From Vicinamibacterales bacterium (GTDB taxonomy: Bacteria; Acidobacteriota; Vicinamibacteria; Vicinamibacterales; JAMQPK01), in the NCBI GenBank assembly GCA_963832375.1, contig CAWHUA010000004.1, positions 29,352 to 93,351 on the forward strand: 64,000 nt of DNA, in the 5' to 3' direction. The notes under the pieces were generated by a model. That model was not told the DNA's origin and ran no database searches. It saw only the letters and a list, made by a program, of their open reading frames with translations. This document shows positions 18,408 to 28,719 of the stretch, piece after piece. A program made the translations under genes and the position numbers. Each line of letters begins with the position of its first letter. Positions within the stretch are counted from its first letter, which is position 1.

Positions 18408-19495
18408 TAGTCGGCTTCGGCCTTCGGGCTCTCCACTTTAGGCTTGGGACGTTTCCCGTTCGGGCTCTGCGCTGCGCTCTTCGCTCGGCGATCCCCGGTG
18501 AAGGTACCACGAGTCAGGTAATTCATCGCCAACGTTGTGCCGAACGCGGTCAACTCCACGAGGTAGACCGGCTCACGTCCGACTTCGCCCCAGAGCTTCA
18601 GCCGCTCGCAGTTCTTCGCGATCGCTTCCACCAGCGCGCGCACGACCTCGCGGCGCACGCCGGTCCAGTAGGTGATCTTGTCGATCAGCTCGCGCCGGTA
18701 TTTCGTGACGACCTGCGTGGCCGGACGCCCTTCGCGCGGCTTCCGCGTGAGAAAGATCTCGGACAGATGCGCGTCCATCGCGAGGTCCACGCGCAGGCCG
18801 CGCTCCTTCTCGGCGCGCCGGTAGAACTCTTCGACGGTGAGGCGCATGTCGTCGACGGTGATGTCCACTTCACCGGTGCGCACGATCGGCTCCTCGCTCG
18901 CGAACGTGCGCGCCATCCGATCGACGTAACGCAGCTTCCGCATCGCCGGCCAGCCCTTGTACCGGCGCCGCCACGCGCTGCCGGGCGTCAGCCAGACGGC
19001 GAACGTTTCAGCAAAGTCTTCGTCGGGGTGCTTCTGCGCGTACCAGCCTTCCATGTGGCGCACGTAATTGCGGCTGAACGGCACCGGCCGGTATTTGTCG
19101 CGATACGGGCGGTCGAACGGGCCGAACACGGCCACCCAGTCGGGACGGGTGTACAGCCGGTACGCGTAGTTGAAGACGTGCCCGGCCTCGTGCCGCATGT
19201 AGCGCATGATCTCGCGGCTGTCCTCGAGATCGTCGATCGCACGCTCGAGCCGGCCGAGATTCGGGTCGGCGAGATAGAACGGGATGCCGAGCACGGGCTG
19301 CATATCGGGACAGCCCCACTCGTCGGTGAGGTAGCACACCGGCCGGAACTTGCGCAGCCCCCGCCGCTCGAGCTCCTTGTACAGCTGGCGCACGTACGGC
19401 TCGACGGGCGAGCCCTCGAGCTTCAACCCCAGCTCGCGGATGCGCTTGCCGAGGACGCCCCTCAGCTCCGGATCGAGCGTTTCGAAGGCCGGCAT
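18407..19495 (-). CDS. putative zinc-binding metallopeptidase (Peptidase_Mx-like)
   Basis: HExxH in RHEAGHVFNYAY and a second acidic motif HPDEDFAETFA. Its stop overlaps the ATP-grasp start by one base. Basic, low-complexity C-terminal tail. Confidence 0.55.
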   Translation of the reverse strand: MPAFETLDPELRGVLGKRIRELGLKLEGSPVEPYVRQLYKELERRGLRKFRPVCYLTDEWGCPDMQPVLGIPFYLADPNLGRLERAIDDLEDSREIMRYMRHEAGHVFNYAYRLYTRPDWVAVFGPFDRPYRDKYRPVPFSRNYVRHMEGWYAQKHPDEDFAETFAVWLTPGSAWRRRYKGWPAMRKLRYVDRMARTFASEEPIVRTGEVDITVDDMRLTVEEFYRRAEKERGLRVDLAMDAHLSEIFLTRKPREGRPATQVVTKYRRELIDKITYWTGVRREVVRALVEAIAKNCERLKLWGEVGREPVYLVELTAFGTTLAMNYLTRGTFTGDRRAKSAAQSPNGKRPKPKVESPKAEAD

Positions 19496-19609
19496 TCTTA
19501 TTGAGGATTATATGGGGGTGAGCGCTTGACGCCGCAGCGCCCTGCGGGCAACAATCATGTTGTTCCAATACTTCAAGGTTACATTCTTGTCTGAATTTCG
19601 ATTCCCCCG

Positions 19610-21179
<1,570 letters not shown>

Positions 21180-21339
21180 TAGTAGGTTCGTCGGTTCGTG
21201 GGGTTCGTCGGGGTTCGTGGGGTTCGTCTGGGTTCGAGCCTGCGACCGAATAACCGGTAGTGCGCGACTTCAGTCGCGCCGTACGAACCGTACGAACCCA
21301 CGAACCTTACGAACCTACGAACCCGACGAACCCAACGAA
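21180..21339. repeat. composite inverted array: six GGTTCGT units, a central GC hairpin, seven ACGAACC units
   Basis: It occupies the entire 160-bp spacer between convergent stops (TAA 21177-21179, TAG 21340-21342). The central hairpin is GCGCGAC-TTCA-GTCGCGC at 21262-21279. Confidence 0.9.
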
Positions 21340-22287
21340 CTACCTTTTCTCAAAACTCTTGTAGTTCTCCTTCGTCACCAGCTCGAACGGAATCCAGACG
21401 AAGCTGTCGACCGCTTCTCCACGCGACAGTTTCAGCGCCGCGTCGAGGGCGCCCCGCCCCTGGCCGCGGGCGTCCTGAAACACGGTGACGGCCAGCGTGC
21501 CCTTCCCCACTTCGGCAAGCGCATCGGGCGTGGCATCGACACCACCCACCAGGATCGTGCCCTGCTTCGCGCCGGCCTGTTGAATCGCCATGATCGCGCC
21601 GATCGCCATCTCGTCGTTGTTCGACGCCACGGCGTCGATCTTCGTGCCGGCCGTCAGCCAGTTGTTCATGAGGTCGAGCCCGCGCTCGCGCTGGAAGTTG
21701 GCCACCTGTTTCTCGACGATCTTCATCCCTGGATATTTCGCGACCACGTCCTCGACCGCCTTCGTCCGAAGCTGCGCGCCGTTGGACGCCAGCTCGCCAA
21801 CCATGATCGCCACGTTACCCCGGTGGTTCATCAGCCGTGCGAGCTCCTCCATTTCCAGCGTGCCGGCCTGCGAGTCCTCCGAGCCGACAAAGACGACCCC
21901 CTTCGGCAGCGTTTCTTCCGAGGGCCGCCGGTTGACGTACACCAGCGGCACACCGGCGTCGCGCGCCACTTTGGTCATGCTCGGCGTTGCCGACGTGTCG
22001 GCGGCGTTCACGATGAGCGCGGCCACACCCTGCGCCACGAAGTTCTGGATCTGATTCAGCTGCCGGGCGACGTCGCCCTGGGCGTCGGAGAACTGCAGCG
22101 CGACGCCAGGCAGCGTCGCCGCGTGCTCGGTCATCGACGTGCGCAGGATCGTGAGCCAGAGGTCGTCGAAATGCGCCATCGAGACCCCGATCACGGGTGT
22201 CCGGGGCGCAGAGGACCCACAACCCTGGCCACCGAGTGCGAGCACGAGCAGCGCGGCCAGGCATCCGAATCTCACCTTCGATATCAC
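21340..22287 (-). CDS. sugar ABC transporter substrate-binding lipoprotein (RbsB-like)
   Basis: Lipobox-like LALGGQGC. Periplasmic-binding-protein type I pattern (IGVSMAHFDD, ALIVNAAD). First gene downstream of the permease and ATPase. Confidence 0.7.
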   Translation of the reverse strand: MISKVRFGCLAALLVLALGGQGCGSSAPRTPVIGVSMAHFDDLWLTILRTSMTEHAATLPGVALQFSDAQGDVARQLNQIQNFVAQGVAALIVNAADTSATPSMTKVARDAGVPLVYVNRRPSEETLPKGVVFVGSEDSQAGTLEMEELARLMNHRGNVAIMVGELASNGAQLRTKAVEDVVAKYPGMKIVEKQVANFQRERGLDLMNNWLTAGTKIDAVASNNDEMAIGAIMAIQQAGAKQGTILVGGVDATPDALAEVGKGTLAVTVFQDARGQGRGALDAALKLSRGEAVDSFVWIPFELVTKENYKSFEKR

Positions 22288-22300
22288 GAGCGTCCTCCGG

Positions 22301-23278
22301 TTACGGGTGAGCGCCTCGATGGCGATAGCGATCGGCCACGACGGCGAGCACGATCACGGCCCCCTTCACGATGTCCTGAATATAAGCGTCGAACCCGATG
22401 AAGGTAAATCCGCTGGTGATGACGCCCAGGATCACGGTGCCGATGACCGTGCCCGAGATCCGTCCGATGCCTCCAGAGAGGCTCGTCCCGCCGATCACCG
22501 AAGCCGCAATGGCATCGAGCTCGTACGACATGCCCATGCCGGCCTGCCCGCTCGCCGCACGCGCGGACGTCATGACGCCGCCGAGCCCTGAGAGAAGGCC
22601 GCCCACCGTGTACACGAGCACAAGATGCCGATCCACGCGGATGCCCGACACACGGGCAGCCTGTGCGTTTGCGCCGATGGCGTACGTGTATTTCCCGTAT
22701 CGTGTCTGACGGAGGAGGACGTGAAACACGATCGCCGTGATGATGAACATCGCCACGGGCAGCGCGCCTTCGCCAATACGCGTGTAAGACTCGGACAACA
22801 TGCTGATGGGCTGTCCGCGCGTGTAGTACCGCGCCAGCCCGCGCGCGGTCACCATCATGCCGAGCGTCGCGATGAAGGGTGGGATGCCGGTCAGCGCGAT
22901 CAGCCGCCCGTTGACGAACCCGGCCAGGGCGCCCGTCGCGAGACCCGCAGCGATGGGAATGACGACCGGCAGATCGACGAGCGAGGGGAACACGGCGCGT
23001 GCGTTCGCCGTCTGCGCCAGGCTGGCCGCGATCATCGCAGACAGCGCCACGACCGACCCCGAGGACAGATCGATGCCCCCGGTGAGAATCACCTGCGTCA
23101 CGCCGATGGCCAGCAGGCCGATGATCGACACCTGCAGCACCATGACGAGCAGCCGCTGCGCGTTGAAGAGAAAGCTCGTGCCTCGAATGCTCCAGCCCAC
23201 GGCTTCGAAGAGCACGACGATGGTGACGAGCACCAGGAAGATCCCCGTATCGTGAGACAGTCGCCGTGGCTGGCTCAT
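22301..23278 (-). CDS. sugar ABC transporter permease (RbsC-like)
   Basis: The internal ATG 23278 of track ORF 22301..23635 gives [22 protein letters not shown] overlap with the ATPase stop. Polytopic. Confidence 0.7.
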   Translation of the reverse strand: MSQPRRLSHDTGIFLVLVTIVVLFEAVGWSIRGTSFLFNAQRLLVMVLQVSIIGLLAIGVTQVILTGGIDLSSGSVVALSAMIAASLAQTANARAVFPSLVDLPVVIPIAAGLATGALAGFVNGRLIALTGIPPFIATLGMMVTARGLARYYTRGQPISMLSESYTRIGEGALPVAMFIITAIVFHVLLRQTRYGKYTYAIGANAQAARVSGIRVDRHLVLVYTVGGLLSGLGGVMTSARAASGQAGMGMSYELDAIAASVIGGTSLSGGIGRISGTVIGTVILGVITSGFTFIGFDAYIQDIVKGAVIVLAVVADRYRHRGAHP

Positions 23279-24717
23279 TGCGAAGCCAGCCTCATCAGAT
23301 CGACCTGATTCGCGCCGGGTCCTTCGAGGAAGCCGGCGACGCGCCCCTCGCGCATCACCATGACGCGATCGCTCATGCCGAGAATCTCCGGCATCTCCGA
23401 CGAGATCATCACCACTGCCGCTCCGTCCGCCGCGAGATTGGAAATCAGACGGTGAATCTCGGCCTTCGCGCCGACGTCGATGCCGCGCGTGGGCTCGTCG
23501 AGAATCAGGATCCGCGGCGAGGTCAACAGCCACCGGCCGACGAGCACCTTCTGCTGATTGCCGCCACTCAACGTCTGGATCGGCTCGAACAAGCTGGGTG
23601 TCTTCACGCGCAGCCTGCCGGCCATGTCGCGGCAACTGGCGCCGAGCTTCTCGGCGTTCACGAAGCCCATGCTGATGAACCGGTCGTCGAGGACGGCAAT
23701 CTCCATGTTTTCCTGAACGTTCAGCGGCAGCAGCAGCCCGCTCAACTTTCGGTCCGCGGTGAGAAACGCCATGCCCAAGTCGATCGCCACGGCCGGGGAG
23801 GCGATATCCACCAGGCGGCCGTCGATGGACACGCCACCGGACGAGGCGCGCCGGAGCCCGAACAACGTCTCGGCCACCTCGGTGCGCTTCGATCCGACGA
23901 GTCCGGCCACGCCGAGGATTTCTCCCGCCCGCACGTCGAACGATACGTCGGCAAATGAGCCTGCAACGGCGAGATGCTTGACCGACAAAACCACTCGCTC
24001 GGTCGGCGTGTTCCCTTTCGGGAACATCTGCGTCAATTCCCGTCCCACCATCAAGGCGATCAGCCGGTCGCGATCGAGGCGGTCCGTCGAGCTGGAATCG
24101 ACCACCCGCCCGTCGCGAAGGGTGGTGACTTCGTCGGCGATTCGGAAGATCTCGTGCATCCTGTGGGTGATGTAGATGATGGCCTTTCCGCGGGATCTCA
24201 AATCCGCGACGATCCGGAAGAGATGATCCACTTCGCGCTCGGACAAGGTGGAGGTGGGCTCGTCCATGATGAGCACGTCTGCCTCGTACGACACCGCGCG
24301 CGCGATCTCCACCATCTGCCTGCCGGCAATCGTCAGGTCGCCAACCCGCTGTTCGGGATCGATGGCAATGGCGAGCTCCTCGAGCAGTTCGGCCGTGCGG
24401 TGGGCCAGCGCACGATGATCGATGAACCCGAGTCGCGTCAGCGGTTCGCGGCCGAGCCAGATGTTCTCGGCGACCGTCATGGGCGGCATCAAGTGCAGCT
24501 CCTGATGGATCATCGCCACGCGGCCGCGAAGCACCACCTGGCCGGAGTCGGGCCGATCGAAGCCCGCGACAATCCTCATGAGCGTCGATTTGCCCGCGCC
24601 GTTTTCGCCCATGAGCGCGTGCACGCTGCCGGGACGCACCTTCATCGACACGTCGTCCAGCGCAAGGACGCCGGGAAAGGCTCTGCTGACCCGGTCTGCT
24701 TCGACGAGATAGTCCAT
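23275..24717 (-). CDS. sugar ABC transporter ATP-binding protein with duplicated ABC domains (RbsA/MglA-like)
   Basis: The internal ATG 24717 of track ORF 23275..24990 gives [14 protein letters not shown]. Motifs: Walker [10 protein letters not shown], signature LSGGNQQK and Walker B ILILDEPT. Confidence 0.75.
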   Translation of the reverse strand: MDYLVEADRVSRAFPGVLALDDVSMKVRPGSVHALMGENGAGKSTLMRIVAGFDRPDSGQVVLRGRVAMIHQELHLMPPMTVAENIWLGREPLTRLGFIDHRALAHRTAELLEELAIAIDPEQRVGDLTIAGRQMVEIARAVSYEADVLIMDEPTSTLSEREVDHLFRIVADLRSRGKAIIYITHRMHEIFRIADEVTTLRDGRVVDSSSTDRLDRDRLIALMVGRELTQMFPKGNTPTERVVLSVKHLAVAGSFADVSFDVRAGEILGVAGLVGSKRTEVAETLFGLRRASSGGVSIDGRLVDIASPAVAIDLGMAFLTADRKLSGLLLPLNVQENMEIAVLDDRFISMGFVNAEKLGASCRDMAGRLRVKTPSLFEPIQTLSGGNQQKVLVGRWLLTSPRILILDEPTRGIDVGAKAEIHRLISNLAADGAAVVMISSEMPEILGMSDRVMVMREGRVAGFLEGPGANQVDLMRLASQ

Positions 24718-24747
24718 GGGGCTGAGATACACTAACAGCCTTTTCTT

Positions 24748-25767
24748 ATGAAACGCACAAGGCTGAAAGTCGGAGTGGTCGGCCTGGGCCGGCTGGGGAA
24801 AGTCTACGTGCGCGATCTCGCGGCGCGGATTCCGGAAACCACGGTCGTCGCGGTCGCGGACATCGATCGCACGCTGGCCGATTCGATCGCGGACGAGTTC
24901 GACGTGCCGAAGACGTACGCGTCGGCCGACGACCTCGCCGCCGATCGCAACGTCGACGCGATCGTCATCGTCACGTCCACCCACGCGCACCGCGACAACG
25001 TCGTCATCGCGGCCGGGTCGAAGAAGCCGACCTTCTGTGAAAAGCCACCGGCCCTGAGTCTGGCCGAGTGCGCGGCCATGGCGAGCGCGGTCGAGAAATC
25101 GGGCGTGTTCTTCCAGATGGGCTTCATGCGCCGGTTCGATCCCGGCTACGCGGCGGCGAAGGAGAAAATCGCCCAGGGCGTCATCGGCCGGCCCGTGGTC
25201 TTCAAATCGAGCTCACGCGATCCCTTCCGGCCGAGCCTCGAGTACGCCAATCCCGCCAGCAGCGGAGGCATCATGGTCGACATGGGGATCCACGATTTCG
25301 ACCTGGCCCGGTGGTTCATGGGAGACGTCGAGGCGATCTCGGCAACAGGCGCGGTGCTCGCCTATCCGGAAATGGCGTCGATCGGCGACATCGACAACGC
25401 GATCGCGACCCTGGAGTTCGCCGACGGCCGGCTGGGCGTCATCGATCTCACGCGGAACGGATACTACGGCTATGACATCTGCACGGAATTGCTCGGCGAC
25501 GCGGGCACACTGCGGGTCGGCTACATCCGCGAGACGCCGCTGCTGACCATGACGAAGAACAGCGTCGCCCACGATACCGTTCCGTATTTCATGGAGCGGT
25601 TCGAACGCGCCTACACGATTCAACTCCAGAATTTCGCGCAAAACGTGCTGCAAGGCCGCGAGCCCGCGGTGGTGCTCAAGGACGGCGTCGAAGCGCTTCG
25701 GACGGCGCTCGCCGCAACCGAAGCCCACCGCACGAAGCAGCGGGTCCTCGTCAACACGATTAAATAG
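24748..25767 (+). CDS. Gfo/Idh/MocA-family oxidoreductase (inositol 2-dehydrogenase-like)
   Basis: N-terminal Rossmann motif [14 protein letters not shown] motif (FCEKPPA). 339 aa. Divergent from the ABC operon across a 30-bp spacer. Confidence 0.7.
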   Translation: MKRTRLKVGVVGLGRLGKVYVRDLAARIPETTVVAVADIDRTLADSIADEFDVPKTYASADDLAADRNVDAIVIVTSTHAHRDNVVIAAGSKKPTFCEKPPALSLAECAAMASAVEKSGVFFQMGFMRRFDPGYAAAKEKIAQGVIGRPVVFKSSSRDPFRPSLEYANPASSGGIMVDMGIHDFDLARWFMGDVEAISATGAVLAYPEMASIGDIDNAIATLEFADGRLGVIDLTRNGYYGYDICTELLGDAGTLRVGYIRETPLLTMTKNSVAHDTVPYFMERFERAYTIQLQNFAQNVLQGREPAVVLKDGVEALRTALAATEAHRTKQRVLVNTIK

Positions 25768-25776
25768 CTCCGGGAG

Positions 25777-26694
25777 CTATTTCAAGAAAGGGGCCAGGCC
25801 GGAGCCCTTCTTAAGGGCAAGGACCTCGTCGAGGGCCGGCACGGACGGAATGGCGCCGAGTCGCGTACAGCTGATGGCTGCCGTCGCATTGGCAAACCGG
25901 AGAATCTCCGGCACCGGCCATTGCTGAAGCAGTCCGTAGATGAATCCCGCACGGAACACGTCGCCGGCACCCGTGGCGTCGACGACCTTCACGCTGTAGG
26001 CAGGCGCAGTGTAAAACGCGTCCCCCTCGAGCGCCACCGCGCCTTCTTCCGCCAGCGTCATGACCAGGGTGCCCTCGTTCAGGCGGCGCAATTTCCTCAG
26101 CGCCCGCTCGGGGTCGCGTTCTCCGGTCAGGCGCAGGGGGAGATGCTGCTCGAAGATCGGATAGGTCACGGCTCGAATGAGCTCTTCCACCCGATCGACC
26201 GGGTGCTCGATGTCGCTCGTCACCATGGCACCCGCCGCACGCGCGGCGCGCACGGCAGCCATCGCCAACTGCAGATCGTCGTCATCCACGTGGACGATGC
26301 GAGCCGCCACCGACTCTGGCGTCAACACGTCCTGCGGAACGACCAGATGTCCGCTCCGATGCCACAACACGGTCCGCCGCCCGGCCGTGTCGACGAGAAT
26401 GATCGCTCCGCGATTGGGCGCATCGGCCACGACAGCATGCGAGAGATCGACACCACGCGAGAGCAATCCATCGCGCGCCAGCCCGCCGTTCGCGTCCGAT
26501 CCGAACGCACCGATGTAACCGGTTCGCAAGCCCAGGACCGCACACGCCGCCGTCACGGTGGCCGTCTGGCCACCCATGATGACGTGCCGGCTGGTCACGC
26601 GCGCCTTGCTCGATTCCAGCACGGCAGACAGTTCTCCGCCGAGCTGGATCACGTCATCGACGGAGTTGGTTCCGACTCCTACTACATCCAGCAT
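25777..26694 (-). CDS. PfkB-family carbohydrate kinase
   Basis: PfkB signature DATGAGDVFRAGF. N-terminus VVGVGTNSVD. 305 aa. Confidence 0.7.
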   Translation of the reverse strand: MLDVVGVGTNSVDDVIQLGGELSAVLESSKARVTSRHVIMGGQTATVTAACAVLGLRTGYIGAFGSDANGGLARDGLLSRGVDLSHAVVADAPNRGAIILVDTAGRRTVLWHRSGHLVVPQDVLTPESVAARIVHVDDDDLQLAMAAVRAARAAGAMVTSDIEHPVDRVEELIRAVTYPIFEQHLPLRLTGERDPERALRKLRRLNEGTLVMTLAEEGAVALEGDAFYTAPAYSVKVVDATGAGDVFRAGFIYGLLQQWPVPEILRFANATAAISCTRLGAIPSVPALDEVLALKKGSGLAPFLK

Positions 26695-26806
26695 TGGCAG
26701 ATTCGCAGATTGAAAATTGGAAGATTGAGAGCCGCCGGTCCGATCGTCACTCTAGCAATATTCTGCAAATCCGCCAATCAATCTACCAATCTGCGAATCT
26801 GCGAAT
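26693..26806 (-). repeat. two ATTSGYAG-type arrays in inverted orientation around a 29-bp core
   Basis: The plus strand reads ATTGGCAG ATTCGCAG ATTGAAA ATTGGAAG ATTGAGAG, then a core, then CTGCAAAT CCGCCAAT CAAT CTACCAAT CTGCGAAT CTGCGAAT. The array begins 6 nt after the glnE-like stop and ends by contributing the AT of the PfkB ATG. Confidence 0.9.
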
Positions 26807-26812
26807 ACCGCG

Positions 26813-28192
26813 TCAGAGGTTAATGCTGCGGATGAGCGACCGGACGCGCTCGCGCGATGCGTCGATCTGCTTCTGAAGATCTTCGTGCAGTCCCAGCTGC
26901 CGGCGATGCTCGGTGGATCGAAGAAAGACGTACGCGTGGTCGAGCTCGCGGCAGAGTTGTTCTGAAATCAGGCCTGCCTTCCCCATGGCGTCGAGCGTGC
27001 CGAGCGTGCCGGTGTGGCGGAGTGCGGCATGGCGGGCGCCGTGCCGGAGCTGAAACGACTGGGTCAGCAACTCGACGGTGGACAGGGTTTCATCCTGGTC
27101 GCGATCGGTCACCGGAATGGCTTCGAAGCCGTTCTCGCCACCTTGTTCGCGGTACACGAACGGTTGACACGCGGCGAGGAAGCGCGAGCCCAGCTCGGCG
27201 TCGCCCGCGATGTGGCGGGCCCTCGTCAGCGATGCCCGCTCGGCCATCTCGCCCAGCGCGGCATAACGCTCGGCGTACTCGGTGAGCGAGCACGCCCGAA
27301 GCCACCCGTCGGTCTGCGGCCAGGCGGGCAGCCTTACGCGATAGAGGCTTCCGTCGTGGGTTTCTTCCCGCAAGACCGCCGTCAGATCGCATCCCACCCG
27401 CTCGTAGAACTCGCGCATGCCCGTCGCGCCGGCGCCGTCGACGCTGCGCGCGTCGTACACGTAGAGCAGATCGACGTCGGGCTCGTAGCTCATCTCCCGC
27501 CCGCCGACCCTGCCCGTGCCGATGACGGCAAACGATCCCGGCGGACGATCGCGGCCGTCCGCCACGAGGCGCTGCTGCATGACACTGGCGAGCGCAAAGT
27601 CGATCGCCACCGACGCCACGTCCGACAGCTGCGAGGCGGCGGTCTGAACGGTTTCCCTGCGCAGCAGATCGCGCGTGCCGATGCGAAGCGTCTCGCGCCG
27701 CTTCCATCGCCTCAGCAGGTTCAGCCCTTCGGCCGGCTCGTCGATCGCCGAGAACGCCGAAACGAGCTCCTCTTCGTGATCCTGGCGATCGGGCGCGCTG
27801 CGCTCGACCTGCGAGACGAGCCAATGAAAGTATTCAGGTGTGCGAACGAGGATCTCGCCAAGCTGCGGCGATGCGCCCATCACATAGCTGAGGACGTGCA
27901 GGGCGCGAGGGTCTTCGCGGAGGTAGTCGAGAAACATCGCCCGGCCGCTGCGACCGGAGACGTAGCGCGTGATGGCGGCCACCGCCCCATCCGGATCCGG
28001 CGATTCGAGCACGGCCGCCAGCAAGTCGGGGGCGAGCCGCCCCAGCGCCTCGCGCGTCACGAGATCGTCGGCCATCTGCTGAAGCTGGCTGTCGACGGCC
28101 GCGACATCGCGGAAGCCGAGCGACGCAAGGTACGCGCGAGCCTGATCCTCGGTGAGGTCGGGTGACAGGAAGAGATCTGAGGGGTTCGGCAC
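26813..28192 (-). CDS. GlnE-family nucleotidyltransferase, half-size (one adenylyl-transfer/removal module)
   Basis: GTG start. Motif VIGTGRVGGREMSYEPDVDLLYVYD matches the GlnE nucleotidyltransferase signature. At 459 aa it is about half the length of canonical GlnE. Confidence 0.55.
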   Translation of the reverse strand: MPNPSDLFLSPDLTEDQARAYLASLGFRDVAAVDSQLQQMADDLVTREALGRLAPDLLAAVLESPDPDGAVAAITRYVSGRSGRAMFLDYLREDPRALHVLSYVMGASPQLGEILVRTPEYFHWLVSQVERSAPDRQDHEEELVSAFSAIDEPAEGLNLLRRWKRRETLRIGTRDLLRRETVQTAASQLSDVASVAIDFALASVMQQRLVADGRDRPPGSFAVIGTGRVGGREMSYEPDVDLLYVYDARSVDGAGATGMREFYERVGCDLTAVLREETHDGSLYRVRLPAWPQTDGWLRACSLTEYAERYAALGEMAERASLTRARHIAGDAELGSRFLAACQPFVYREQGGENGFEAIPVTDRDQDETLSTVELLTQSFQLRHGARHAALRHTGTLGTLDAMGKAGLISEQLCRELDHAYVFLRSTEHRRQLGLHEDLQKQIDASRERVRSLIRSINL

Positions 28193-28379
28193 GGTTTAGT
28201 CGCAAGGCGAAAGTCGCCCCTCGACTTCGCTCGGGGCGATCCTGAGCTTGTCGAAGGGTCGGAAGTCGGGAGTCGCAAGGCGCCAGTGCCCGGTGACAGT
28301 CGACCGCCACTGTCGACTGCGACGCGCGACCGACTTGGGACTGCCCACTTTCGACTGACGCCTTGCGACTGACACGTCT
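28193..28379 (-). other. 187-nt structured spacer between glnB and the glnE-like gene
   Basis: A 12-nt closing pair AGTCGCAAGGCG (28198-28209) / CGCCTTGCGACT (28359-28370) and a third direct copy at 28271-28282. Inner hairpins are TCGCCCC/GGGGCGA (28214-28239) and CAGTCGAC/GTCGACTG (28297-28319). Confidence 0.7.
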
Positions 28380-28709
28380 CTACACGTCCTTCTCACCGGT
28401 CCTGATGTTGTAGCCCTGCTCGACCGGCATCACGAACACGCGGCCGTCGCCGATCTCGCCGGTTCGCGCAGCGCCGATGATGGCCTTGATGGCCTCGTCC
28501 ACTGAGGCATCAGGCACGACGCATTCGATTTCCATCTTCGGCAGCAGGCTCACTTCGTATTCACGGCCGCGATAGACCGCGGTGTGCCCTTTCTGGCGGC
28601 CGTGGCCGCGGACTTCGGTCACGGTCATGCCGGCGATGTTGAGCTTGCCGAGGGCTTCTTTGATGTTGTCAACCATGTTGGGCCGAACAATCGCCTTTAT
28701 CAGCTTCAT
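28380..28709 (-). CDS. glnB: nitrogen regulatory protein P-II
   Basis: 109 aa: MKLIKAIVRP..., T-loop GRQKGHTAVYRGREY, TGEIGDGRVFV. Textbook PII. Confidence 0.9.
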   Translation of the reverse strand: MKLIKAIVRPNMVDNIKEALGKLNIAGMTVTEVRGHGRQKGHTAVYRGREYEVSLLPKMEIECVVPDASVDEAIKAIIGAARTGEIGDGRVFVMPVEQGYNIRTGEKDV

Positions 28710-28719
28710 GCAGTCTCCT

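Noticed and set aside
17322-18410. Long antisense ORFs opposite recognised genes (for example 17322..18410, 27014..28165, 39312..41051, 55006..56496, 57395..59629, 62181..63461)
   Set aside because: These are typical high-GC shadow ORFs. They are rich in R/A/G/P/H and have no domain motifs. In each case the opposite strand encodes a protein with clear family signatures.
21180-21339. MITE or insertion sequence (also considered for the elements flanking gltD)
   Set aside because: There are no transposase or integrase genes, no recognisable target-site duplication, and the arms are tandem oligomers rather than unique terminal inverted repeats. A mobile origin cannot be excluded without a genome-wide copy census.
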